In this document: in pieces, positions 14,457 to 23,519 of the stretch | Numbering within the stretch: the stretch's first letter is position 1 | Layout: the number at the start of each line of letters is the position of its first letter | Source: Pseudomonas fluorescens | GTDB lineage: Bacteria; Pseudomonadota; Alphaproteobacteria; UBA2136; UBA6156 | Direction: 5' to 3' | DNA length: 23,583 nucleotides | Assembly (NCBI GenBank): GCA_003241595.1 | Contig: QFOU01000018.1 | Span: 1-23,583 of the forward strand | Position numbers and translations under genes: made by a program | The notes under the pieces: model-generated | What the model was told of the DNA's origin: nothing | The model's input: the letters and a program-made list of their open reading frames with translations, nothing else | Databases searched by the model: none

Positions 14457-15788
14457 TTAGCTCTTCACTTTGGCGTACCCGTCCATCGCCGCCTTGCGCG
14501 CCGCCTCATGGTTTACAATCGGCTTCGGATAGTCCTTCGTGCCGTATTCCGGCACCCACCGCTTGATATACGCGTTCTGACCATCAAATTTTTCGGCCTG
14601 AGAGGTGGGGTTGAAGATCCGGAAGTAAGGGCTGGCATCCGCCCCGCTCCCCGCCACCCACTGCCAGCCGCAGGCGTTGTTGGCCGCATCGGCATCCACC
14701 AATGTCTCCCAAAACCACGTTTCGCCCTCGCGCCAGTCAATGCGCAGGTGCTTGATGAGGAAACTCGCCACCACCATCCGCACGCGGTTGTGCATCCATC
14801 CCGTCTGCCACAGTTGCCGCATGCCGGCATCGACCAGCGGATAGCCCGTTTTACCGAGTTTCCACGCCTCAAAATCTTTCGCAGCCTCACCCGTCAGCTC
14901 GCGCCATGGGTAGGCATCAAATGCCCGTTTCCAGTTCGTATCGACCATGGTCGGATAATGGAAAAGCAGATGGTGGGAAAACTCACGCCACCCCACCTCG
15001 CTCAGAAATTTATCCGCATCGGCACTGCCGTCCTTCTGGGCGGCCACCCATACCTGCCGGGGGCCGATTTCACCAAAGTGCAAATGCGGGCTGAGTTTGC
15101 TGGTGCCATCCTTGGCCGGAATATCCCGCCCCTCGCTATACCCCTTCACTTTACCCGCAAAGAAGGCCTTCAACGCGGCCTGCGCCCCATCTTCCCCCGG
15201 CGTCCACAGTTTCTCCCAACCCGCGGCCCACTGCGGCTCACCCTTTAGCGGATACAACGTCACCGCCTCACTCTTCAAACCTTTCACCCAGTCGATCTTG
15301 CTGGGCACAGGGCAGGGGGCCTGCACCTCTTTCTGCAAACACGCTTTCCAAAATGGGGTGAATACCTTGAATTCCGTGCCACCCAGCGTCTTCACCTCCC
15401 ATGGTTCAAATAGCAGGGCCGCATTGAAACTCTGTACTTCAACCCCTACTTCATCCTTCAGCAACGCCTTCAAGTCAGTGTCCCGATGCACCGCCCACGG
15501 CTCATAGCAGCGGTTCCATACCACCGCATCAGCCTTGGTTTCTTCGATCAATTCGCGCAATACCTGCTGGTATTCGCCCACGCGTTCCACCAACGGAATC
15601 CGCCCACCCAAGTCCTTCAAGCTCTGCTGCAACCACCATTTGCTGGCACCACCCAGTGGCCGACCATTGGCCTCATCATGAATATACACCGCCACCACAC
15701 GCCCACGTTCCGCCGCCCATGCCAGCGCAGGGTTGTCGCTCAACCGCAAGTCCTGCCGCAGCCACCAGATGGTTACATGTTCGCTCAT
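14457..15788 (-). CDS. phr: Deoxyribodipyrimidine photolyase (class I CPD photolyase)
   Basis: N-terminal MSEHVTIWWLRQDLRLSDNPAL..., FAD-binding C-terminus ...WQWVAGSGADASPYFRIFNPTSQAEKFD. Confidence 0.9.
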   Translation of the reverse strand: MSEHVTIWWLRQDLRLSDNPALAWAAERGRVVAVYIHDEANGRPLGGASKWWLQQSLKDLGGRIPLVERVGEYQQVLRELIEETKADAVVWNRCYEPWAVHRDTDLKALLKDEVGVEVQSFNAALLFEPWEVKTLGGTEFKVFTPFWKACLQKEVQAPCPVPSKIDWVKGLKSEAVTLYPLKGEPQWAAGWEKLWTPGEDGAQAALKAFFAGKVKGYSEGRDIPAKDGTSKLSPHLHFGEIGPRQVWVAAQKDGSADADKFLSEVGWREFSHHLLFHYPTMVDTNWKRAFDAYPWRELTGEAAKDFEAWKLGKTGYPLVDAGMRQLWQTGWMHNRVRMVVASFLIKHLRIDWREGETWFWETLVDADAANNACGWQWVAGSGADASPYFRIFNPTSQAEKFDGQNAYIKRWVPEYGTKDYPKPIVNHEAARKAAMDGYAKVKS

Positions 15789-15840
15789 ACAAATCTCTCC
15801 TTGTTACACAGCGCAAACAAACATAACGGCAAAAAAGAAG

Positions 15841-15870
15841 GGGCAGGAGATAAATCTCCCGCCCTTTTCA
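15841..15870 (-). terminator. Intrinsic terminator (minus-strand RNA: GGGCGGGAGA-UUUA-UCUCCUGCCC + CUUCUUUUUUGCC) between the 205-aa gene and phr
   Basis: 10-bp stem with one G-U pair, T-rich tail on the minus strand. Confidence 0.7.
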
Positions 15871-15887
15871 AAATATATGTACGCGCC

Positions 15888-16505
15888 TTACCAGGGTCTC
15901 GCGTCCCACTTGACATGGTGGGCCGTTTCAAAGTTCTTAAACCATACTGGCTTGATAGACGGCGGAGGGGTGTAGATCACCAGCTGCATTTCAGCCTTCC
16001 AACCACGCCGCTGGAAGGCGGTCAGGTAGGGTAAAAGCCGCGCCCGAAAGAAATAAGTTAACTGGTTCAACTCTTTTTCGTTACGGAAGATCTCGGATGG
16101 CTCGCGCCAAATCCGGTCATGTCCGCGGCAATGGCTCATGCGTAGTCGTGTACCCAGCCGATTTTCAACAGTAGAAGGCAAGCGCTTCCGTGACGATTTC
16201 GAGCTAAATACAGTCTGCGCATCATGTTGGCTCATATCGGCGATGATCTCGTCCATGGCCGCATCAAACTGGTGCGGAAAGTGCGTAATATAGTTTCCGC
16301 CGATTTCAAGGGGAGGAACAAGGTGGCAGCGTATTTCAAAGCCGAGCACCAGAGAGAACGTGACCTCTTCCTCATTATTGATAACAGTGAGTCCAAGCGC
16401 GCTTTTGCGGAAATTGCGGCTTTTGGTAGTAGAGGTAACCGGTTGTGCCGGTGTAGGGTTGGGGTTGATAATCACTCGAAACGGAGCGGTAGAAGTCGTA
16501 TCCAT
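15888..16505 (-). CDS. Hypothetical protein, 205 aa, immediately upstream of phr
   Basis: ATG 16505 with GAGG SD. No recognised domain. Confidence 0.5.
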   Translation of the reverse strand: MDTTSTAPFRVIINPNPTPAQPVTSTTKSRNFRKSALGLTVINNEEEVTFSLVLGFEIRCHLVPPLEIGGNYITHFPHQFDAAMDEIIADMSQHDAQTVFSSKSSRKRLPSTVENRLGTRLRMSHCRGHDRIWREPSEIFRNEKELNQLTYFFRARLLPYLTAFQRRGWKAEMQLVIYTPPPSIKPVWFKNFETAHHVKWDARPW

Positions 16506-16602
16506 ATCAAACCTCGCAGGGGGTGAGAGGAGGGGCTAAAACAGGTTGATTCCCCAAACCTAGCGTTCCGCTATCCAGCTGTCAAACGGCAATTGAATAC
16601 AC

Positions 16603-17067
16603 CTAAAAGGCGCGCAGGCGGTCTAAAACACCTTGCAGAATCACACTGGCCGCACCGGCATCCATGTGGCCCACGCTGTCTTTTTTGCTGGCGCGGGTCT
16701 GTCGGCCTTGGCGCTGCTCAAAAAAGGCGTTTTCCATCTGGCGGCTGGTCAACCGCTCATCCCACAGCAGCACCGGCAACCCAACCTCTTTCTCGATCAG
16801 GTCGGCCAAACTGGTCACCGCCGTGGCCGTCGGCCCTACACTGCCGTCCATGTTCAACGGAAAACCCAGGGCAACCGCAACAACGCCACCGGTTTTTTCG
16901 ATCATCAACTTGGCTTTCAGCTCCTGCCACGGGCGTGGCCATACCCCGCGCGGGGTCGCCAAACGACGTCCGGAATCGCAGGCCGCCACGCCGACACGTT
17001 TCTCGCCCACGTCCAGAGCCAAAATTTTGCCGACTTCCGGCAGTTCCAAGGGGTTGCGCGTAACCAT
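16603..17067 (-). CDS. ruvX: Putative pre-16S rRNA nuclease / Holliday-junction resolvase-like YqgF
   Basis: ILALDVGEKRVGVAACD...PLNMDGS...LWDERLTS is the YqgF/RuvX signature. Confidence 0.85.
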   Translation of the reverse strand: MVTRNPLELPEVGKILALDVGEKRVGVAACDSGRRLATPRGVWPRPWQELKAKLMIEKTGGVVAVALGFPLNMDGSVGPTATAVTSLADLIEKEVGLPVLLWDERLTSRQMENAFFEQRQGRQTRASKKDSVGHMDAGAASVILQGVLDRLRAF

Positions 17068-17127
17068 GCCATGGGGTTAAGGTGCTGGGCATTGATTGTC
17101 AAGGAATACGTAGGGGAGAGCTTCACC

Positions 17128-17430
17128 ATGCCATTGGAAAATAAAGATATCGAAAAACTGGCCAACCTCTCGCGGCTTAAGTTCAGCCCGGAGCAACTGC
17201 CCGCCTTTGCGTCCGAGTTCGAGAGCATTCTCGAATTCGTCGGACAGATCCAGTCGCTGGACACCGCAGGCGTACCGCCGCTCACCAGCGCGGCAAATGT
17301 GGAAACCAGTCCCGAGCGCGCCGATGTCGCCGCCATTCCGGCCGACCCCATCGCCCGCCGCGACGAACTGCTCGCCAACGCGCCCAAGTCCGAGCAAGGC
17401 TTCTTCATCGTTCCGAAGATCGTCGAGTAG
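17128..17430 (+). CDS. gatC: Asp-tRNA(Asn)/Glu-tRNA(Gln) amidotransferase subunit C
   Basis: MPLENKDIEKLANLSRLKFSPEQLPAFASEFESILEFV... 100 aa. SD aggggagag. The longer track ORF from 16633 is rejected. Confidence 0.85.
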   Translation: MPLENKDIEKLANLSRLKFSPEQLPAFASEFESILEFVGQIQSLDTAGVPPLTSAANVETSPERADVAAIPADPIARRDELLANAPKSEQGFFIVPKIVE

Positions 17431-17448
17431 TCGCCTGTTTTCGTACGA

Positions 17449-18003
17449 ATGAGCAAGATTCCCGCCCACGCCACCTGCGTCTTCAAAGGCGAAATTTTCG
17501 ATGTCTATCAATGGCCGCAGCAGCTGTACGATGGTCGTACCGTCACGTTCGAATGCCTCAAGCGCCCCAACACCGTGGTCGTTGTGCCCACTCAAGGTGA
17601 TGTGGTCTTCTATGCCGAGCAGCAGCAGCCGAATAAAGACCCTTACCTCAGCCTCTTCGGTGGCCGCGTAGAGGAGGGGGAAGATACGCTCGAAGCCGCC
17701 AAGCGCGAACTTCTGGAAGAATCCGGCCTTGCCTCAGATGACTGGGAACTCTTCGCCACCAATCCCTTCCGCGGCAAGATCGAATGGACGGTCTACTACT
17801 ACATCGCCCGAAATTGCCAGAAGGTCGCCGAACCGAATCTCGATGGCGGGGAGATCATCACGGTCAAAACCACCGATGCCGATACCTTCCTGAATCAGAT
17901 CGTAGCCGACCCCCGCTTCTACGAGCCGGAGTTAAAGGACGCGGTCTACTCCGCCTTTAACCCGCAAGCCGCACACCAATTTAAATCTAAACTAATTAGC
18001 TAG
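17449..18003 (+). CDS. Nudix hydrolase (canonical Nudix box GGRVEEGEDTLEAAKRELLEESGL), ADP-ribose pyrophosphatase-like
   Basis: Perfect Gx5Ex7REUxEExGU box. Located between gatC and gatA. Confidence 0.8.
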   Translation: MSKIPAHATCVFKGEIFDVYQWPQQLYDGRTVTFECLKRPNTVVVVPTQGDVVFYAEQQQPNKDPYLSLFGGRVEEGEDTLEAAKRELLEESGLASDDWELFATNPFRGKIEWTVYYYIARNCQKVAEPNLDGGEIITVKTTDADTFLNQIVADPRFYEPELKDAVYSAFNPQAAHQFKSKLIS

Positions 18004-18025
18004 TCCAAACTGAAAGCCGCCTAAC

Positions 18026-19498
18026 ATGAGTCAAGACCTCCTCACTCTCACCGCCACCGAGGCCCTCGCCAAACTGCACGCCAAAGAGGTGTCCAGCACC
18101 GAGCTGACTCAAGCCCACCTTGCGCGCATCGAGGCCCGCAACCCCACCATCAACGCTTACCTCACGGTCAACACTGAAGGCGCGCTCGCCTCCGCCAAAG
18201 CTGCCGATGCCGCTATTGCCGCAGGCGAAACCCAAACCCTCACCGGCCTGCCGCTGGGTATCAAGGATTTGTTCTGCACCAACGGCGTCCGCACCACCGC
18301 CGCCAGCAAATTCCTCGATAACTTCGTGCCGGCCTACGAAAGCACCGTCACCCAAAAGCTGTGGGATGCCGGTGCCGTCAACCTCGGTAAACTGAACATG
18401 GACGAATTCGCCATGGGCGGCTCCGGCGAAAACTCCGGCTACGGCCCGGCGCGCAACCCGTGGGATGAATCCCTCGTCCCCGGCGGCTCCAGCTCCGGCT
18501 CGGCTGCCGCAGTCGCCGATTACCAGTGCTACGCTGCAACGGGGTCGGATACCGGCGGCTCCATCCGCCAACCGGCCAGCTTCACCGGCCTCGTCGGCAT
18601 CAAACCCACCTACGGCCGTTGCTCCCGTTGGGGTATGGTCGCGTTCGCCAGCAGCCTCGACCAAGCCGGTTTCCTCACCCGTTCGGTGGAAGATGCCGCC
18701 CTGCTGATGGAAGTCATCTCCGGCCACGATGCCAAGGACAGCACCTCCTCTCCGCAAGCCGTGCCTCAGTGGCGCGCCAACTTGGGCAAACTCAACCTCA
18801 AGGGCCTGCGTATCGGTCTTCCCAAGGAATACTTCATTGAAGGCCTCGACCCCAAAATTCGCGCGCTGATTGAAGCCGCCACCCGCCAGTTCGAAGGCGA
18901 GGGGGCCATCATCAAGCAAATCTCGCTGCCGCACACCCAGTACGCGCCCGCCGCTTACTATATCGTGGCTCCGGCAGAAGCCGCTTCTAACTTGGCTCGC
19001 TACGATGGCATGCGTTACGGCGTCCGCGTGGAAGGCAAGAACCTCACCGAAACCTACCTCAACAGCCGCAGTGCAGGCTTCGGTGCCGAGGTCAAACGCC
19101 GTATCATGATCGGTAACTACGCGCTCAGCAGCGGCTATTACGATGCCTACTACACCAAGGCCATGCAAACCCGCACACTCATCGCACAGGATTTCGACAA
19201 GGCATTTGCCGAGGTCGACGTCATCTTCGCCCCCACCGCCCCCACCGCCGCCTTCGCGATTGGTGCCAAAAGCAACGACCCCGTCGCCATGTACCTGGGC
19301 GACGTCTTTACCATCCCTACCTCGCTCGCCGGCCTGCCCGGTTTGTCGGTCAATGCGGGTACTGTTGAAGAAAACGGCGTTCGTTTGCCGGTCGGCCTGC
19401 AAATGATCGGCCCACGCTGGAACGAAGAAATCATCCTGCAAGTTGCCCATGCATGGGAGCAAATGGCTGGCCAAACCCAGCCGCCCTTCCAAGCCTAA
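18026..19498 (+). CDS. gatA: Glu-tRNA(Gln)/Asp-tRNA(Asn) amidotransferase subunit A (amidase signature family)
   Basis: 490 aa, amidase signature [12 protein letters not shown], full-length GatA feel. Confidence 0.9.
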   Translation: MSQDLLTLTATEALAKLHAKEVSSTELTQAHLARIEARNPTINAYLTVNTEGALASAKAADAAIAAGETQTLTGLPLGIKDLFCTNGVRTTAASKFLDNFVPAYESTVTQKLWDAGAVNLGKLNMDEFAMGGSGENSGYGPARNPWDESLVPGGSSSGSAAAVADYQCYAATGSDTGGSIRQPASFTGLVGIKPTYGRCSRWGMVAFASSLDQAGFLTRSVEDAALLMEVISGHDAKDSTSSPQAVPQWRANLGKLNLKGLRIGLPKEYFIEGLDPKIRALIEAATRQFEGEGAIIKQISLPHTQYAPAAYYIVAPAEAASNLARYDGMRYGVRVEGKNLTETYLNSRSAGFGAEVKRRIMIGNYALSSGYYDAYYTKAMQTRTLIAQDFDKAFAEVDVIFAPTAPTAAFAIGAKSNDPVAMYLGDVFTIPTSLAGLPGLSVNAGTVEENGVRLPVGLQMIGPRWNEEIILQVAHAWEQMAGQTQPPFQA

Positions 19499-19529
19499 TA
19501 AAACTTAAATACAGGAATACCCACACCCC

Positions 19530-20117
19530 ATGGCCAACATCGTTATCGCTTATCACTCCGGTAACCACCATACCGAAGCCGTCGCCCTCGAGGTCGCCAA
19601 AGGCGCCGAGTCCGCCGGTGCCTCCGTCATCGTTCACAATATCGAAGACCCCGTCGAACGCCTCTGGAACGACCTTGCCGCCGCCGATGCCATCATCTTC
19701 GGCTGCCCCACTTACATGGGCGATGTCTCCGCCGCGTTCAAAAAGTTCGCCGAGGAAACCAGCAAACCATGGTTCAAACAGGAGTGGGCCAACAAGCTCG
19801 CCGCAGGTTTCACCAACTCCGGCACACCGGCGGGAGATAAACTCGCCACCCTGCAAAGCTTCGCCGTCCTCGCCGCCCAACACGGCATGGTCTGGGTCAA
19901 TTGCGGCGTCATGCCCAGCGCCTTTACCCAAGACGGCCAGAACCTCAACCGCGCCGCTCACTACCTCGGCCTCGGCACCACGTCAGAGAGCGCCCCGGTG
20001 TCCGAATCCAACCCCCCTCAGGAAGACCGCGCCACCGCCCGCCTGTTCGGTGCCCACGTCGCCACCGCGGCCGCCCGCTGGGTCGCCGGTAAATCCACCC
20101 TCGCGCAAGCCGCCTAA
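19530..20117 (+). CDS. WrbA-like flavodoxin-fold NAD(P)H:quinone oxidoreductase
   Basis: IVIAYHSGNHHTEAVA...DAIIFGCPTYMGDVSAAFKKF...GTPAGDKLATLQSFAVLAAQHGMVWV is colinear with WrbA. Confidence 0.7.
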   Translation: MANIVIAYHSGNHHTEAVALEVAKGAESAGASVIVHNIEDPVERLWNDLAAADAIIFGCPTYMGDVSAAFKKFAEETSKPWFKQEWANKLAAGFTNSGTPAGDKLATLQSFAVLAAQHGMVWVNCGVMPSAFTQDGQNLNRAAHYLGLGTTSESAPVSESNPPQEDRATARLFGAHVATAAARWVAGKSTLAQAA

Positions 20118-20146
20118 TATATATTAAGTAGAGAAAGATCCCCCAC

Positions 20147-20767
20147 ATGAAAATCGCCATTATCTCCGGCTCCCACCGCCCGTCCGGCAACAGCCCGCGT
20201 ATCGCCCGTGTCATTGAAGACAAGCTGAAAGCCGCAGGCCATAGCACCTACCTGCTCGACCTCGCCGTCACCGAACTCCCGTTCTGGGACGAAGGCCTGT
20301 GGGGCATGGAAGGCCTTTCCGCCAAATGGGAAAAACTCTGGAACCCCATCCAGTCCGAACTCGCCAGCGCCGATGCGTATGTCATCCTCAGCCCCGAGTA
20401 CCATGGCATGGTCTCCTCCAAACTCACCAACCTGTTCCTGCTACTCGGCAACGGCCCCACCGTCGCCCACAAACCGGCATTGCTGGTGTCCGTGTCCAGC
20501 GGCGTCGGCGGTGCGTATCCCATCGCCGAAATGCGCAGCTTCAATTACAAGAATAACCGCATCAATTTCATCCCCGAGCACCTCATCATCCGCAGCGCAG
20601 GCGAAATGTTCATTGAGGATGTCAAACCCGAACACGCCAAATCCAACGAGATCGTCACCGAACGCCTCGAATGGCTGCTGAAGCTCTTGGCCGACTACGG
20701 CACCGCCTTCCAAAGCATCCGCGCAGCCGGTAACACCACCCACCCCCAATTCGCCAACGGGATGTAG
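20147..20767 (+). CDS. NADPH-dependent FMN reductase family protein (SsuE/ArsH/YieF-like flavin reductase)
   Basis: MKIAIISGSHRPSGNSPRIA...ADAYVILSPEYHGMVSSKLTNLF. Confidence 0.7.
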   Translation: MKIAIISGSHRPSGNSPRIARVIEDKLKAAGHSTYLLDLAVTELPFWDEGLWGMEGLSAKWEKLWNPIQSELASADAYVILSPEYHGMVSSKLTNLFLLLGNGPTVAHKPALLVSVSSGVGGAYPIAEMRSFNYKNNRINFIPEHLIIRSAGEMFIEDVKPEHAKSNEIVTERLEWLLKLLADYGTAFQSIRAAGNTTHPQFANGM

Positions 20768-20779
20768 TTGTAATTACAA
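20768..20779. repeat. Perfect 12-bp palindrome TTGTAATTACAA at the boundary of an AT-rich island
   Basis: Direct read between TAG 20765-20767 and ATG 20780. Confidence 0.8.
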
Positions 20780-21169
20780 ATGGATTTAGTGCAATTTACT
20801 CTGCAAGATTCGATAAGGTTTATTTCCTGCCTTATTATTATCTCGTCGACTATCTATGCTCTTTATTTAATAACTTATCGTGTGTGCGTAGGAGAATACC
20901 CTGACCTCAAACGATCTGTGAAAGTCGTGTTTGCAAGATTCTTTTATCCACGCCTAAGTGAATTAGAAAATTCAGTTATGATGGTAATGAGTTTTTCCTG
21001 CTTAATTGTGATAATGCTTTGGCTTATCTACAGCGGAGGAAGTGAGGAAGGGTGGTTAAATATTCCTTTCTGGCTACTAGCATTGTACGGAAGTGTACTT
21101 ACTCCACTGGCTTGGGTTGTTAAATCCCATGTAAAAAAGATTAACCGATTAAAACCAAAATTTGACTAA
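20780..21169 (+). CDS. AT-rich gene for a 129-aa three-TM miniprotein; foreign codon usage (A/T-ending) inside GC-rich operon
   Basis: Hydrophobic segments SCLIIISSTIYALYLITY, MMVMSFSCLIVIMLWLIYSG, IPFWLLALYGSVLTPLAWVV. TAA at 21167-21169 sits 4 nt upstream of the gatB SD AAGGAG. Confidence 0.5.
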   Translation: MDLVQFTLQDSIRFISCLIIISSTIYALYLITYRVCVGEYPDLKRSVKVVFARFFYPRLSELENSVMMVMSFSCLIVIMLWLIYSGGSEEGWLNIPFWLLALYGSVLTPLAWVVKSHVKKINRLKPKFD

Positions 21170-21185
21170 AAGAAGGAGAATGAGC

Positions 21186-22655
21186 ATGTCACTCCCCCAT
21201 AACTACGAAATGGTCATCGGCCTGGAAGTCCACGCCCAAGTCACCACCAAGTCCAAGCTGTTCTCAGCTTCCGCCACCACGTTCGGTGCCGAACCCAACA
21301 CCCAAGCCAACGAGATCGACCTCGGCATGCCGGGCATGCTCCCTGTCCTCAATGCGGGCGCCGTCGATGCCGGTATCAAACTCGGCCTCGCCATCAACGC
21401 GGCCATCAACCCGTCCTCGGTCTTCGCGCGGAAAAACTATTACTATCCGGACCTCCCCAAGGGCTACCAGATCAGCCAGTACGACCAACCCATCGTCTTG
21501 GGCGGTAAGCTGGATATCGACATGGAAGATGGCTCCTCCCGCACCATCAACATCACCCGCATGCACCTAGAAGAAGACGCCGGTAAATCCATCCACGATA
21601 TGGGCAGCGGCAACGTCTCCTACGTCGACCTCAACCGCGCCGGCGTCCCGCTGATGGAAATCGTCTCCGAACCGGAACTCCGCACACCGGAAGAAGCAGG
21701 CGCGTACATGAAGAAACTGCGCACCACCCTCCGCTTCCTCGAAATCTGCGACGGCGACATGGAAAAAGGCAACCTCCGCTGCGATGCCAACGTCTCCGTC
21801 CGCAAGATCGGCACCAAAGACCTAAACACCCGCTGCGAAATTAAAAACCTCAACAGCATCCGCCACGTCATGCACGCCATCCAGCACGAGGCCGAGCGCC
21901 AGGTCGCTGTCTGGGAATCCGGCGGTACGGTCGATCAGGAAACCCGCCTCTGGGATCCGGATCTCCAAGAAACCCGCACGCTGCGCAGCAAGGAAGACGC
22001 CCACGACTACCGCTACTTCCCATGCCCGGACCTGCTGCCGGTCAACCTCGATCCTGCGCGCATCGAAGCCATCCGCGGCACGATGCCCGAGCTGCCGGAC
22101 GCGCTGAAGGCCCGCTTCATGAAGGACTACGGTCTCACCAACTACGACGCCTCACTGCTCACCAGCGAGAAAACCTACGCCAGCTACTATCTGGATATGA
22201 TCGCGAGCGGAGCCGACGCCAAAATGGCCGCCAACTGGATGACTGTCGAACTCTTCGCCGTGCTGAACAAGTCGGGTAAAGACCTAGACGAAAGCCCCGT
22301 CACCGCCACCCAACTCGGCGAGCTCGTGGCCCTCATCACCTCCGGCAAGATCAGCGGCAAGATCGCCAAACAGGTCTTCGCCATCATGCTGGAAAATGCC
22401 GAGAAGGGCAGCGTCATGTCGCCATCCTCCATCGTCGAAGCCCAAGGCCTCAGCCAGATCTCCGATGAAGGCGCACTCTCCGCCATCTGCGAACAAGTGG
22501 TCGCCGCCAACCCAGACGCCGTCGCCAAGTTCAAAGCGGGTAACGAGCGCATCTTCGGCTCTTTCGTCGGCGCGGTCATGAAGGAAACCAAAGGCCAAGC
22601 GAACCCCGAACTGGTCAACAAACTCATCCGCCAAGCCATCGAAGCCCACGCGTAA
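21186..22655 (+). CDS. gatB: Asp-tRNA(Asn)/Glu-tRNA(Gln) amidotransferase subunit B
   Basis: MSLPHNYEMVIGLEVHAQV... 489 aa. AAGGAG SD 7 nt upstream of ATG 21186. The TTG-21162 start in the track is rejected. Confidence 0.9.
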   Translation: MSLPHNYEMVIGLEVHAQVTTKSKLFSASATTFGAEPNTQANEIDLGMPGMLPVLNAGAVDAGIKLGLAINAAINPSSVFARKNYYYPDLPKGYQISQYDQPIVLGGKLDIDMEDGSSRTINITRMHLEEDAGKSIHDMGSGNVSYVDLNRAGVPLMEIVSEPELRTPEEAGAYMKKLRTTLRFLEICDGDMEKGNLRCDANVSVRKIGTKDLNTRCEIKNLNSIRHVMHAIQHEAERQVAVWESGGTVDQETRLWDPDLQETRTLRSKEDAHDYRYFPCPDLLPVNLDPARIEAIRGTMPELPDALKARFMKDYGLTNYDASLLTSEKTYASYYLDMIASGADAKMAANWMTVELFAVLNKSGKDLDESPVTATQLGELVALITSGKISGKIAKQVFAIMLENAEKGSVMSPSSIVEAQGLSQISDEGALSAICEQVVAANPDAVAKFKAGNERIFGSFVGAVMKETKGQANPELVNKLIRQAIEAHA

Positions 22656-22673
22656 TAGCGTAAACGCAACGCA

Positions 22674-22702
22674 AAAAGCCCGCCTGTACAGGCGGGCTTT
22701 TA
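22674..22702. terminator. Bidirectional intrinsic terminator AAAAAGCCCGCCTG-TACA-GGCGGGCTTTT
   Basis: Direct read, between gatB(+) and the convergent 22713..23159(-) gene. Confidence 0.75.
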
Positions 22703-22712
22703 AATCGTTCGT

Positions 22713-23159
22713 TCAGTAGTTCATCAGCTTGAAAGGCAGTTCCTTCGGGTCGGTGCCTCCGTCCAGCGTACGCAGAAAAGAGAACACGACAGGCCACGAT
22801 CGGATGAGGATCGTCACGTCCGAAAACAACGATTTCTTCGGCGGCTCAACGCTATATATATAAGCCTCAACTCGGTCGGCCAGCTTTTCCCAGTTGGGTG
22901 CCAGCAGAGGGGTAGGGCCTAGCAACGCTGTCTCCAGCATGGGGTTGCCCTTCACTTCAGAAATGAAACCTGAAATAGCTGCGCCAACGTTCTGCCCTTT
23001 CAGGTAGCCGTGGATCACAAAGCAACCAAGACCTAAGCCAAAACTGGCCCAGTTGCCGGTGTCCTTGTGCACAACCCTGAAGTACTGGCGTGTCCGGTAA
23101 GCTTCAGGAGCATTAAAAACCTCAAAAGGTTTTGTGTAGAGTTGTAGGCTTTGCGTCAT
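22713..23159 (-). CDS. Hypothetical protein, ~149 aa, lower GC (~50%)
   Basis: ATG 23159 (MTQSLQLYTKPFEVF...) with AAGAGG-like SD. Earlier starts to 23222 are possible. No recognised domain. Confidence 0.45.
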   Translation of the reverse strand: MTQSLQLYTKPFEVFNAPEAYRTRQYFRVVHKDTGNWASFGLGLGCFVIHGYLKGQNVGAAISGFISEVKGNPMLETALLGPTPLLAPNWEKLADRVEAYIYSVEPPKKSLFSDVTILIRSWPVVFSFLRTLDGGTDPKELPFKLMNY

Positions 23160-23231
23160 CGGTAGCCTCTTACGTTGCGCAAAAACAGAGTCAGAGCACG
23201 CCGTCAAAACGCCGTACTCCATGTCATGGAT

Positions 23232-23519
23232 TTACATCCCATACAGCTCGTAGCGGTCCTTGTAGTTCTCATCGCCCGCCACCTGACGTATCAATACCAA
23301 GATCTCACTGGGAAATCCGCCAGAAGCCGTTTTGGTCTTCTCACCAAGCTCCACCCAGTCGGGGGCGCTAAAAGCCTGTCCCTGATAGGAAATGCCAAGG
23401 GCAGAAGGCCTGCCTTTGGTATGCGTCGCAATGAAGGTCACTTCGTGCCGCGGCATTATCTTGTAAACAACGCGCAGCTTGCTCCTGTCCTCGCTCATTT
23501 CAGCGAATAGGTCAGCCAT
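23232..23519 (-). CDS. Hypothetical protein, 95 aa, directly upstream of the 149-aa gene
   Basis: ORF with ATG at 23519. No recognised domain. Confidence 0.4.
   Translation of the reverse strand: MADLFAEMSEDRSKLRVVYKIMPRHEVTFIATHTKGRPSALGISYQGQAFSAPDWVELGEKTKTASGGFPSEILVLIRQVAGDENYKDRYELYGM

Noticed and set aside
17996-19492. 498-aa minus-strand ORF antisense to gatA
   Set aside because: Gly-rich low-complexity shadow of gatA.
21162-21185. TTG start (MTKRRRMSMSL...) for gatB
   Set aside because: It lies upstream of and overlapping the SD AAGGAG. ATG 21186 has ideal 7-nt spacing.
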